Assembly: GCF_017348835.2 (NCBI RefSeq)
Contig: NZ_CP071375.1
DNA: 64,000 nucleotides
Source of the DNA: Escherichia coli
GTDB lineage: Bacteria; Pseudomonadota; Gammaproteobacteria; Enterobacterales; Enterobacteriaceae
Strand: one strand, 5' to 3'
Shown one piece after another: positions 19,009 through 29,537 of the stretch (the stretch's first letter is position 1; every line of letters begins with the position of its first letter). The position numbers were made by a program, and so were the translations under genes. The notes under the pieces are model-generated. The model ran no database searches. It was not told the origin of the DNA and saw only the letters and a list, made by a program, of their open reading frames with translations.

Positions 19009-22000
19009 TTACACCTTTTCCACATTCACAAGGAAGGACTTAAACTCCGGCGTCTGCGTGTTCGCATCACCAACGAATGGCGTTAACGTATTGGCAATAA
19101 AGCCTTTTTTAGCTACGCCTTCATAGCCCCAGTGAATCGGAATACCGATGGTATCGATATCTTTGCCGTTCGCTTTCAGCGTGCGAATACGTTTGGTCAC
19201 CACCGCTTTGGCTTTGATATAGCCACGGTTGGAGGAGACTTTCACGGTATCGCCCTGGGCAATGCCAAGTTTATTCGCCAGCGACTCACCGATTTCCACA
19301 AACTGCTCTGGCTGCAAAATCGCGTTCAACAGCGCGTGTTTGGTCCAGTAGTGGAAGTGCTCGGTCAGACGATAGGTGGTTCCGACATACGGGAACTTAT
19401 CGGCTTTACCCAATGCTTCGGCGTCGTCTTTAAAGATTCGCGCAGCCGGGTTCGAGATAACGTTTGGATGCAGCGGGTTAGTTCCCAGCGGCGTTTCAAA
19501 CGGCTCGTAGTGTTCCGGGAACGGACCTTCCGCCATCTTATCGAGGGCAAACAGACGTCCCATGCCTTCCTGCTGCATGATAAACGGCCCGACGCCGCTG
19601 CCCGGAGGCGCTGCGCTGTAGTCCGGAATATCCCAGCCGGTCCACTTAGTGCCGTCCCATTTCAGCAACTGACGCTTCGGATCCCACGGGTTACCCTGCG
19701 GATCTGCGGAGGCGCGGTTATACAGAATGCGGCGGTTAAGCGGCCATGCCCATGCCCAGCCCAGTGTGTTACCGAGGCCAGACGGATCGGCGTTATCACG
19801 GCGTGCCATCTGGTTGCCTTCCGGCGTCCAGCTACCGGCGAAAATCCAGCAGCCACAGGAGGTTGTACCATCATCGCGCAGTTGGGCGAACGAGCTAAGT
19901 TGTTGGCCTTTCTTGACGATAACCGCACCGGTTGCCGGATCGGTAATATCGGCCAGCGCCTTACCGTTGCTCTCCATCGCTACTTCTTCCGACTTCGGCT
20001 CATGCGGAATGGCGTAGTTCCATGTCATGTTCAGCACCTGGTCCGGGTTCGCGCCACCCTGTTCGGCATACATCTTGCGCAAGCGCAGGAAGATACCGGA
20101 GAGGATCTCGCCGTCAGTCAGCGCAATCCCCGGGGCGTCCGCACCTTTCCAGTGCCACTGTAACCAGCGACCTGAGTTAACGATTGAACCGTTCTCTTCT
20201 GCGAAGCAGGTCGATGGCAGACGGAACACTTCGGTCTGGATCTTCGACGAGTCAACTTCGTTCAGCTCACCGTGGTTCTGCCAGAAGTTAGAGGTTTCAG
20301 TGTTCAGCGGGTCGATGGTGACGAGGAACTTCAGTTTCGACAGACAACCGATCACTTTGTTTTTGTTCGGGAATGAGGCAACAGGGTTAAAGCCCTGGCA
20401 GATATAGCCATTGACCTTGCCCTCTTTCATCATCTCGAAGTATTGCAGGACGTCGTAGCCTTTATCCCACTTCGGCAACCAGTCAAAGCCCCAGCTATTT
20501 TCCGCCGTCGCTTTATCACCAAAGAAGGCCTTCATCATGGAGACGAAGAATTTCGGGTAGTTGCCCCAGTAGTTTACCTGGCCTTCCAGCAGCGGTTTTG
20601 GCGTGTTGGCGGTAAGGTAGGTTTGCAGATCGGTCTGCTTCTCGCTTGGCAGCGTCATGTAACCCGGCAGGCTCTGCGACAGCAGCCCCAGGTCCGTCAG
20701 CCCCTGAATATTGGAGTGACCGCGCAGGGCGTTAACGCCGCCGCCTGCCATCCCCATATTGCCGAGCAGCAGCTGGATCATCGCCATCGTACGAATGTTC
20801 TGCGCACCAACGGAGTGTTGCGTCCAGCCGAGGGCATACAGGAACGAGGCAGTTTTATCGTGAGCACTGGTTTCTGCGATGTATTCGCTGACTTTCAGGA
20901 ACGCGTCTTTTGGCGTACCACAGATGTTTTCAACCACATCTGGCGTGTAGCGGGAAACGTGCTGTTTCAGCAAGTTCCACACGCAGCGCGGATGTTGCAG
21001 CGTGGTATCGCGTTTGGCGAAGCCGTTTTCGTCCAGTTCGTAAGTCCAGGAGGATTTATCGTACTTGCGTTTTTCCGCGTCATAGCCGGTGAACAGGCCA
21101 TCTTCAAAGCCGTAATCCTCACGCACGATCAGGCTGGCGTTGGTATAGGCTTCGGTGTATTCGCGGTTGAATTTTTCATTGTTCAGCAGGTACAGCAATA
21201 CGCCTGACAGGAAAGCAATGTCAGTACCGGAACGAATAGGGGCATAGTAGTCAGCCACCGCCGCCGTACGCGTAAAGCGAGGATCGATCACAATCAGCTT
21301 CGCGCCATTGTGAATTTTGGCTTCCATCGCCCAGCGGAACCCGACCGGGTGAGCTTCAGCGGCGTTACCGCCCATCACCACGACGAGGTTGGCGTTCTTG
21401 ATGTCGACCCAGTGGTTGGTCATCGCACCGCGACCAAATGTTGGAGCAAGACTTGCTACCGTTGGTCCGTGTCAGACACGCGCCTGGTTGTCGACCGCGA
21501 GCATACCCAGCGCGCGGGAGAATTTTTGCGTTAAATAGCCGGTTTCGTTACTCGACGCGGAAGCACACAGCATCCCGGTGGAGAGCCAGCGGTTAACAGT
21601 CACGCCTTCGGCGTTTTGCGCAATGTAGTTAGCATCGCGGTCTTCTTTCATCAGTTTGGCGATGCGATCAAACGCCTCTTCCCAACTGATTTGCTGCCAT
21701 TTATCAGAACCTGGCGCACGGTATTCCGGAAACTTCAGACGGCTTTCGGAGTGGATGAAATCCACCAGGCCAGCGCCTTTCGGACAAAGTGCACCGCGGT
21801 TGACCGGGTGATCCGGATCGCCTTCGATATGGAAGATAGATGCTTTGGCGTTTTTTGCTCCGTCACCGAGGCTGTACATCAACAGCCCACAGCCTACGGA
21901 ACAATAGGTGCAGGTATTACGGGTTTCGCGGGTGCGCAGCAGTTTATACTGCCGGGTTTCCGCGAGTGCTACGCTGGGTGCAAAACCCAGTGCCGCTGCC

Positions 22001-22059
22001 GTGGTGCCTGCCATACCGCCAGCGCAGATCTTAAAGAACTGCCTTCTGCTGACCTGCAT
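19009..22059 (-). CDS. fdoG: formate dehydrogenase-O catalytic subunit (selenocysteine-containing, molybdopterin)
   Basis: Two same-frame ORFs (21472-22059 and 19009-21423) separated only by an in-frame TGA at 21472-21474 = Sec codon; N-terminal Tat signal RRQFFK. Confidence 0.92.
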
Positions 22060-22252
22060 GGATTGCTCCTTGTTTCGACATTGTCACGTCCCATTTACAT
22101 TCGCTTGCTGCGTGTGCAGGGAGTGGGAGTTATTTTTCTTTGCGGAAGGGGCCGCAAAGGTCCAGAATTGGCTCAATTTCCCTCCATCCAGGAAGGGTTT
22201 GTAACAGAATACCATAATGTTGGTGTGTGTGTTCTTATCTGGTTAAGAGAAA

Positions 22253-23086
22253 GTGAAAAAAACACAGCAAAAAGAAATCGAAAATGTGACAAATATCACA
22301 GGTGTTCGTCAAATTGAGTTATGGCGGCGTGATGATTTACAACACCCACGGTTAGATGAGGTCGCGGAAGAAGTTCCCGTTGCGCTGGTCTACAACGGCA
22401 TTTCGCATGTGGTGATGATGGCGTCGCCCAAAGACCTTGAGTACTTTGCGCTCGGTTTTTCGCTTTCCGAGGGGATAATAGAAAGTCCGCGCGATATCTT
22501 CGGCATGGATGTCGTTCCTTCCTGTAATGGTCTTGAAGTACAAATTGAGCTTTCCAGCCGCCGCTTTATGGGGTTGAAGGAGCGCCGCCGGGCGCTGGCG
22601 GGACGTACGGGCTGTGGCGTATGCGGCGTGGAGCAACTTAATGACATCGGAAAACCGGTGCAGCCGCTACCGTTCACCCAGACGTTTGATCTCAACAAAC
22701 TGGATGATGCATTACGTCATCTCAACGATTTTCAGCCAGTGGGGCAACTGACTGGTTGTACTCACGCCGCTGCATGGATGTTGCCATCTGGCGAACTGGT
22801 CGGCGGGCATGAAGACGTGGGTCGCCATGTGGCGCTGGACAAACTGTTAGGCCGCCGGTCACAAGAAGGGGAAAGCTGGCAGCAAGGTGCGGTACTGGTT
22901 TCCAGTCGTGCCAGTTATGAAATGGTGCAAAAGTCGGCGATGTGCGGCGTAGAGATTTTGTTTGCGGTGTCTGCCGCGACCACGCTTGCTGTAGAAGTGG
23001 CTGAGCGCTGTAATTTGACACTGGTAGGTTTTTGTAAGCCGGGTCGGGCAACGGTTTATACCCATCCGCAGCGTTTGAGCAATTAA
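22253..23086 (+). CDS. fdhD: formate dehydrogenase sulfurtransferase/accessory protein FdhD
   Basis: 277-aa ORF, recognised FdhD; divergent from fdoG. Confidence 0.92.
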
Positions 23087-23090
23087 TTAA

Positions 23091-23129
23091 AATAAGTCCT
23101 GCGATATATATTAAATTGCAGGACTTATT
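23091..23129. terminator. bidirectional stem-loop terminator after fdhD
   Basis: Perfect 12-bp inverted repeat aataagtcctgc ... gcaggacttatt with A/T-rich flanks. Confidence 0.6.
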
Positions 23130-23238
23130 CATTTCGTGAATTTTATTATTTTATTTATAAACAAAATGCGTGTAGTGGCGTTTTCTTTTTTCATTTATTA
23201 TGTTCACTCTCTTATCTATATATTTATAAGGCAATTAA

Positions 23239-24294
23239 ATGAAAAGGAATTTATTATCTTCCGCTATTATAGTCGCCATCATGGCCCTCAGTCTGACGGG
23301 TTGTGATGATAAAAAAGCCGAAACAGAAACGCTCCCGCCTGCCAATAGTCAACCTGCCGCACCAGCTCCTGAAGCGAAACCTACTGAAGCTCCCGTTGCA
23401 AAAGCAGAAGCTAAACCTGAAACACCTGCGCAACCGGTGGTCGATGAACAAGCGGTTTTCGACGAAAAAATGGATGTCTATATCAAGTGCTACAACAAGT
23501 TACAGATCCCGGTACAGCGCAGCCTGGCGCGTTATGCTGACTGGCTGAAAGATTTTAAACAGGGGCCTACCGGTGAAGAGCGTACTGTTTATGGCATCTA
23601 CGGCATTAGTGAATCCAACCTCGCTGAGTGTGAAAAAGGCGTAAAAAGTGCTGTGGCGTTAACGCCTGCGCTGCAACCAATTGATGGCGTGGCGGTGAGT
23701 TATATCGATGCTGTCGTGGCGTTGGGTAATACCATTAACGAAATGGATAAATATTACACCCAGGAAAATTATAAAGACGATGCGTTTGCGAAAGGGAAAA
23801 CGCTGCACCAGGCATTCTTAAAAAATCTGGAATCCTTTGAACCTGTAGCAGAATCTTATCATGCGGCGATTCAGGAAATTAATGATAAGCGTCAGCTTGC
23901 GGAACTGAAAAATATTGAAGAAAGAGAAGGGAAAACATTCCACTACTATTCTCTGGCAGTCATGATTTCAGCGAAACAAATTAATAACCTGATATCGCAA
24001 GAGAAGTTTGATGTTGATGCGGCAATGAAGAAAGTGTCTGAACTGGAAACGCTGGTGGCGCAGGCCAAAGAAGCGGATAAAGGCGGCATGAATTTCTCGT
24101 TCATTAATTCGGCAGACCAGTATCAACTCGAGACTAAAAAATATGTTCGCCGCGTCAGAGATAAAGTCCCGTACTCTGACTGGGATAAAGAGCATCTTCA
24201 GGATGCAAACACAAGCTGGATGGTCGAAGACTCATTTCCACGAGCGTTACGCGAGTACAACGAAATGGTTGATGACTATAATAGCCTGCGTTAA
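23239..24294 (+). CDS. yiiG: lipoprotein YiiG (DUF3829)
   Basis: 351-aa ORF; signal peptide with lipobox LTGC. Confidence 0.85.
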   Translation: MKRNLLSSAIIVAIMALSLTGCDDKKAETETLPPANSQPAAPAPEAKPTEAPVAKAEAKPETPAQPVVDEQAVFDEKMDVYIKCYNKLQIPVQRSLARYADWLKDFKQGPTGEERTVYGIYGISESNLAECEKGVKSAVALTPALQPIDGVAVSYIDAVVALGNTINEMDKYYTQENYKDDAFAKGKTLHQAFLKNLESFEPVAESYHAAIQEINDKRQLAELKNIEEREGKTFHYYSLAVMISAKQINNLISQEKFDVDAAMKKVSELETLVAQAKEADKGGMNFSFINSADQYQLETKKYVRRVRDKVPYSDWDKEHLQDANTSWMVEDSFPRALREYNEMVDDYNSLR

Positions 24295-24343
24295 ACGTTT
24301 TTGATGATAAATGCAGTGTCGGATGCGGCGCATCCGACACAGT

Positions 24344-26092
24344 TCACCCCTTGTGAAGTAACTCCATAAATGCCTCATATCCTGTTAACCCGGCAATAAC
24401 TTCTGCCGGATGCTGACACAATACGCTTGCCAGATAGCTAAATATTTTTAGCTCATGACGCGCATCGGCGGCGGTGCAGGCGATCAAGACATGGTTAATG
24501 ACTTCGTTATTCACCTCAACTGGTTGGGCGAGGGTAATAAAAAATCCACGAAAACGTCGCTCCTGTTCGCTCCAGCAATGTGGGATGGCGAGGCGATTAA
24601 CAATCAGGTTTTCACCTTCGCCTTCGCGGGCGATGATCCGTTGCGCTTCATCGGCGGTAATATGGTGTTGTGCGACTAATTGCGCACAAATTTGCCGGGT
24701 AATATGTTGCCAGCTTTCACCGCGTACATTCGAATAATGAAAACTTCCGGGGGCAGAGAAAAAACGCTCCAGTTGCTGGCGAATAAATGCCGTCGCCAGA
24801 AAATGTTTTATTTGTTCGATACCGGCAGCCGTAATGATATTTTTTACGGTGATGTAATTATTTACCGCGTCATCCAGTAAATAATGGCTGTTGTTAATGA
24901 TCAATAACGGCTCAATTTCTTCGCGAATGGCAACAAGTTCGCTTAAGCTACGGGCAATAATCACCCGACAATGTAAAACATCGCGCTCAATGGCGAGCTG
25001 ATTAATGGTGGCAATCGCGTTCTGGTCCGAGAGCAAAATGATCGGCTGGCGTTCGTTTTGATGCCGTTCCAGCGCACAGGCAAAATACAAACCGATCAGA
25101 TCGCTGTCGAAAAGGGGAATATCGAGCTGTTCACGCAGTAGCGTAATAAAGTGCAGACTCATATCAAAGGCCGCAGGCCAGGCGGCTTTCAGGTTATTCA
25201 TGCTGCTTTGGCGGTGCTCAGCAATCCACACCGGTGCGGCGAGGCAACGTAATAAATGCCCGGTAATATTCTCAACCAACTGCGTATCAATAATATTCAA
25301 TGACGCGATGCCTGGCACCATTTGCAGCAACCCCAGCACATGATCGGCAGAAATTATCTGCGCTTGCTGATGCTGTTTCTCTATCAAACCCGTCAGGGTT
25401 CTTACAGCATTATCACCAAGAAACAGACCGCTATGTTCAACGATTTGTTTTATCTCGTTACCGGGATATTGCGGCCACTCATCGGTCAGTTGATTACGCA
25501 GGGCGTAAATCGCCAGAATCAGGCTGGAGAGATAATCACCCTGCATGAGCGGCCAGCGGTGTTGGTTGTCGCAGGCCGTGGATAAATGCTGAAGGTTGTC
25601 TCGTGTTACGCCCGCCAGCGGAATTAAAAACGGATCTTTGCGTAGCAAGTTCGCCAGCAAGATAACGCGTTTCTCTTCTGTTTCATCAATGAAATGGCCC
25701 AAACCAGGGCGGCTGGCCAGGCAACAAGTGCGTTCATAACGCTGTTTTAACCGGGGCAGACGCTCTGCGACCCACGTTTCCGGCAAATTAAGCACCGAGG
25801 CGAGTTGCGCACGGGGAGTAAAGGTATTCAGTAATAACAGCGCCAGCAGCCGATCGTCGTTATCGTGCTTTTGCAGCAACTGAAAAAAGCTGCGGCGCTC
25901 GAAGATTTCCAACTGATAGCCCGCACTGCCACTGGCAGAGATACGAGCTTTGCCGTTAAGGGTAAAGTTGAGATAGTCAATATCACGCAGGATGGTCCTG
26001 CCTGAAACGCCAGTCTGTTGCGCCAGCTCGCCAGGCGTGCGCGGCTGTTGCTCCAGCGGATCGACAATCTTTAACTGGCGTTCGTTTAGCAT
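24344..26092 (-). CDS. frvR: frv operon transcriptional regulator (HTH plus PRD/PTS-regulatory domains)
   Basis: 582-aa ORF, recognised FrvR. Confidence 0.85.
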   Translation of the reverse strand: MLNERQLKIVDPLEQQPRTPGELAQQTGVSGRTILRDIDYLNFTLNGKARISASGSAGYQLEIFERRSFFQLLQKHDNDDRLLALLLLNTFTPRAQLASVLNLPETWVAERLPRLKQRYERTCCLASRPGLGHFIDETEEKRVILLANLLRKDPFLIPLAGVTRDNLQHLSTACDNQHRWPLMQGDYLSSLILAIYALRNQLTDEWPQYPGNEIKQIVEHSGLFLGDNAVRTLTGLIEKQHQQAQIISADHVLGLLQMVPGIASLNIIDTQLVENITGHLLRCLAAPVWIAEHRQSSMNNLKAAWPAAFDMSLHFITLLREQLDIPLFDSDLIGLYFACALERHQNERQPIILLSDQNAIATINQLAIERDVLHCRVIIARSLSELVAIREEIEPLLIINNSHYLLDDAVNNYITVKNIITAAGIEQIKHFLATAFIRQQLERFFSAPGSFHYSNVRGESWQHITRQICAQLVAQHHITADEAQRIIAREGEGENLIVNRLAIPHCWSEQERRFRGFFITLAQPVEVNNEVINHVLIACTAADARHELKIFSYLASVLCQHPAEVIAGLTGYEAFMELLHKG

Positions 26093-27168
26093 TAATCCAC
26101 CTGACGGAACTGGCTAAACGCGTTGACTTTCTCCGCAGTTAAGGTGGTCAGAAAATCCCGTATCAGCGTGAGCAGAGCATCATAATCGGCTTTTGAAATC
26201 ATACCGCTGTTAGCGTGCAGATAACGAGTTGGCAGACACAGCGCGACAACCGGACGCCCTCCGCCCATTACGTTGTAGCGCCCGCCATCCGTCGCTCCGG
26301 TTTTCATGGTGGAAAATTGCAGCGGTAAACCGTTATGTGCGGCACAGTTTTTTAACGCCGCCACCAGTTTCTGGTTGGGTAAGTAGCGCTTGTCAAACAG
26401 CATCAGCCCCGGCCCCTGGCCCAGTTTCAGCGGGTATTTAATGTTATCAATGCCCGGAACATCACCTGCGACAGCGGTATCCAGCACAATCACCACATCC
26501 GGTTTAATGTGTTCCGCCGAGGTTTGTGCCCCGCGTAGCCCAACTTCTTCTTCCACGCTGCCGACGCCGTACAGCGTAATTTCTGGGTTATTTACTGTCT
26601 GTAGTAGCTCCGCCATCATCGCGCAGCCGATGCGGTTATCCAGCGCCTTGCCGACTACTTTATCTTCGCCCCAGCAGGCAAAATTGGCTTCCGGGCTAAT
26701 AAAATCGCCAATTTCCACGCCGCGCTTTTCCGCTTCTTCGCGACTTTTCGCGCCAATATCAATGAACATCTCATCAAATGACAGCGGTTGTTGCTTTTGC
26801 TTTTCCGTTAACGCATGAGGCGCGACGGAACCAATCACACCAGGGATTTTATATCCCTTGTGTGTGCGTATGGTTACCCGGTGGTTGAGCATCGACTGAT
26901 TCCACCAGCCGCCAATGGTGGTAAAGCGCAGAAAACCGCTCTCGTCGATGTGGGTGACCATAAAGCCGACTTCATCCATATGCCCGACAACGGCAACTTT
27001 TGGACCTTTATTTCCCTTACGGGCAACAAAGCTGCCCAGACCATCAAAGGTGATCTCATTAACGCAAGGTTCCAGCGTGTTTATCAGAATGTCGCGAACT
27101 TCCTGTTCATCGCCGCTGACGGCGCTGGCTTCGCACAACTGTTGCAGTAACTCAATGTTCATGGACAA
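26092..27168 (-). CDS. frvX: M42-family aminopeptidase-like protein FrvX
   Basis: 358-aa ORF, recognised FrvX. Confidence 0.85.
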   Translation of the reverse strand: MSMNIELLQQLCEASAVSGDEQEVRDILINTLEPCVNEITFDGLGSFVARKGNKGPKVAVVGHMDEVGFMVTHIDESGFLRFTTIGGWWNQSMLNHRVTIRTHKGYKIPGVIGSVAPHALTEKQKQQPLSFDEMFIDIGAKSREEAEKRGVEIGDFISPEANFACWGEDKVVGKALDNRIGCAMMAELLQTVNNPEITLYGVGSVEEEVGLRGAQTSAEHIKPDVVIVLDTAVAGDVPGIDNIKYPLKLGQGPGLMLFDKRYLPNQKLVAALKNCAAHNGLPLQFSTMKTGATDGGRYNVMGGGRPVVALCLPTRYLHANSGMISKADYDALLTLIRDFLTTLTAEKVNAFSQFRQVD

Positions 27169-28609
27169 GCTCCTGTTGCGCAGCTTTCGCTTTGCGGCGT
27201 AACCACAATCCTTTCAGGACGATAATGAATGAAATGTTCAGCGCGAGGCCAATCGCCAGCACCAGATAAAACGAACCCACCGGCGACATCAGGCCGATCA
27301 GCGGGTCAAAGATACCCAAACCAGGTGCCAGACGTTTGATTCCGAAAGCGATCACCAGCACGCCGGTAATACCGCCCGCCAGCGTATTGGCGGTAATCAT
27401 CGGCAACGGAGCTGCCAGAGCGTAAGGAATAGCCGGTTCGGTTGCGACTGTGGCACCGACCACAATGGCACTACTGGCAGCCTCTTTTTCCTGTCGGGTA
27501 AACAGTTTGGGCGCAATGAACGTCGCAAGACCCGCCGCGACGGGCGGCATCAGCGCGACAACGCCGACGATGGCGTACCAGTCATAAATGTGTTTTTCCA
27601 GCAGTGAGAAGCAGAAGAACCAGGCGGTTTTATTGATGGGGCCGCCCATATCGAACGCCAGCATCGCACCGACCAGAAACGCTGCCGCAAACTTCATTGA
27701 TGGAGGAATGGTATTGAGGAAGTGCAGTAGCCCGCCCATGAGGTCGGACATCACCGGTCCGATAACGTAGTAAGTGAGCACGCCAAAAACCAGCAGAGTA
27801 ACGAACGGGATCAGCATTGAACCGAGCAGCGGTTGTAATGCTTTGCCAAGACGGACTTTACGGAACCAGAAGACGAAATAGCCAATCGCCAGCCCCAGCA
27901 CCACCGCGCCGAGGAATCCCGCACCCGACTGGGTGCCGAGCAGCGCTTTGTCGTTCGCCAGATAGCAAACCAGAAACGCCGGAGCGAAAGCCGGTTTATC
28001 GGCAATCGACGAGGCAATATAAGCGCCCATGATGGGGATCATAAAGGTGAAGCCAAGGTAACCGATGGATTCAACTACCCAGGTAAACGACGGCGCGCCT
28101 TTCGACATATTGGTATACGGCAAACCGAACTGCACCAGCATGTTGGCAAGCGCCACCAGGATACCACCGCCGATGACAAACGGCAGCGCCGCAGAGACGC
28201 CCGCCATCAGGTGGCTCATCACGCTGCCGCTTTGTACTTCCTGTTTGCCTAGCTTCACGCCGCTATCTGCGGCAAAAAGCTGCGAGTTTGTTGGTAATTC
28301 ACTGAAAATCTGGTCGATATTTTTCAGCGCCTGGGAGATGGCAATCTCATAAACCTTTTTCCCGGCAAACCGCGCGCGATCGTCACCGCTCAGGCCACGC
28401 CCGGTGGCGAGAATCACGTAATCGGCAGCGGCAATCTCTTCGCTGGATAAGCGGTTTTCAACGCCGCTGGACCCTTGAGTTTCCACTTTTATGGTATGGC
28501 CGAGAGAACGGGCTTTCTGTTCCAGGGCTTCCGCCACCATGTAGGTGTGAGCGATCCCGGCGGGGCAGTTGGTGATCGCGACAATACGTAAGGATGACTC
28601 CATCGCCAC
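27152..28609 (-). CDS. frvB: PTS fructose-like EIIBC component
   Basis: 485-aa ORF, N-terminal EIIB (CPAG... cysteine) and multi-TM EIIC. Confidence 0.88.
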   Translation of the reverse strand: MAMESSLRIVAITNCPAGIAHTYMVAEALEQKARSLGHTIKVETQGSSGVENRLSSEEIAAADYVILATGRGLSGDDRARFAGKKVYEIAISQALKNIDQIFSELPTNSQLFAADSGVKLGKQEVQSGSVMSHLMAGVSAALPFVIGGGILVALANMLVQFGLPYTNMSKGAPSFTWVVESIGYLGFTFMIPIMGAYIASSIADKPAFAPAFLVCYLANDKALLGTQSGAGFLGAVVLGLAIGYFVFWFRKVRLGKALQPLLGSMLIPFVTLLVFGVLTYYVIGPVMSDLMGGLLHFLNTIPPSMKFAAAFLVGAMLAFDMGGPINKTAWFFCFSLLEKHIYDWYAIVGVVALMPPVAAGLATFIAPKLFTRQEKEAASSAIVVGATVATEPAIPYALAAPLPMITANTLAGGITGVLVIAFGIKRLAPGLGIFDPLIGLMSPVGSFYLVLAIGLALNISFIIVLKGLWLRRKAKAAQQELVHEH

Positions 28610-28613
28610 TTCC

Positions 28614-29060
28614 TTATGAGCTGAGGGTTTGATTTAACAAGGCAAGCACCTGGTCGGCGTCGCCCTGTTGCAGTTGATGAATAAAATCCTGGTGGATAAT
28701 TTTGCGACACAGTGTGCCGATGATTTTGACCTGATCCTCTTCGCCGCTTTGCGGCACGCCGAGGCAAATCCAACAATTGACGTCTTCGCCATCGCTGGTT
28801 TTCCAGTCAATAGCCTGCGCTTTGCGGGCGAATAACACGAACGGTTGTTTAACGCAGGCGCTTTTACCGTGCGGCACGGCGACACCGGAACCAAAACCGG
28901 TAGAGTGCATTTTTTCGCGCAGCAGCAGGGTTTGCAGGAACTGGTGTGAGTCGGTGATAAAACCGTTTTGTAACGCTATTGTCGCCAACTGCTTCAGAAC
29001 GGAATAAGTGCCATTGCCCTGAATATTCAGGTCAATACAGCTTGCAGTAAGAGCTGCCAT
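28614..29060 (-). CDS. frvA: PTS fructose-like EIIA component
   Basis: 148-aa ORF, recognised FrvA. Confidence 0.88.
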   Translation of the reverse strand: MAALTASCIDLNIQGNGTYSVLKQLATIALQNGFITDSHQFLQTLLLREKMHSTGFGSGVAVPHGKSACVKQPFVLFARKAQAIDWKTSDGEDVNCWICLGVPQSGEEDQVKIIGTLCRKIIHQDFIHQLQQGDADQVLALLNQTLSS

Positions 29061-29537
29061 TAATCGGACTCCATGAAAAAATATTTACGTTAATTGTAAT
29101 AGCGGGGCGGGTTTGTGATGAGCGCGGATATGTCGTGAAGTCGTGACAATATAAAGCAGAGTGAAGGATAAATTTTGCGGCGTAAGGCACATATTAGTAG
29201 GTAAAATAAATCTTGTGAATAAAAAATCATTCTTTAATGATTTTGTGAATGTTTAAATGTCTCAGATAATTTGTCTAAACGTTATTTATATTTGTGGCTT
29301 ATGAGTCAGCGTGAATCATATCTAATATTTTTTACGATATTTAGTTAAAAACGGCACTATTGTTATATTCCTCACGTTCCAGGAAATCAGCGGATTTACT
29401 CATATTATGCGGCGGGATACTATCCATCGGCCTGCTGAAGTTGGATTAAAAATTCGAAAGTGCACACCTTATATTTCTCTATATACGTATTCCTTTTGGA
29501 AAGCGTAGGGTCTCCTTTATTTCAGGGAACGTAAATA

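Noticed and set aside
19132-20163. Long antisense ORFs inside recognised genes (for example 19132-20163 in fdoG, 7513-8151 in yihS, 11376-12440 in yihQ, 32027-33046 in rhaA, 45189-45917 in pfkA, 53082-53951 in glpK, 59792-60787 in hslU)
   Set aside because: They lie opposite well-supported conserved genes and lack independent start signals; they are shadow ORFs of GC-rich coding sequence.
21472-22059. Apparent truncated fdoG fragment suggesting a pseudogene
   Set aside because: The interrupting codon is the expected selenocysteine UGA, and the frame continues.
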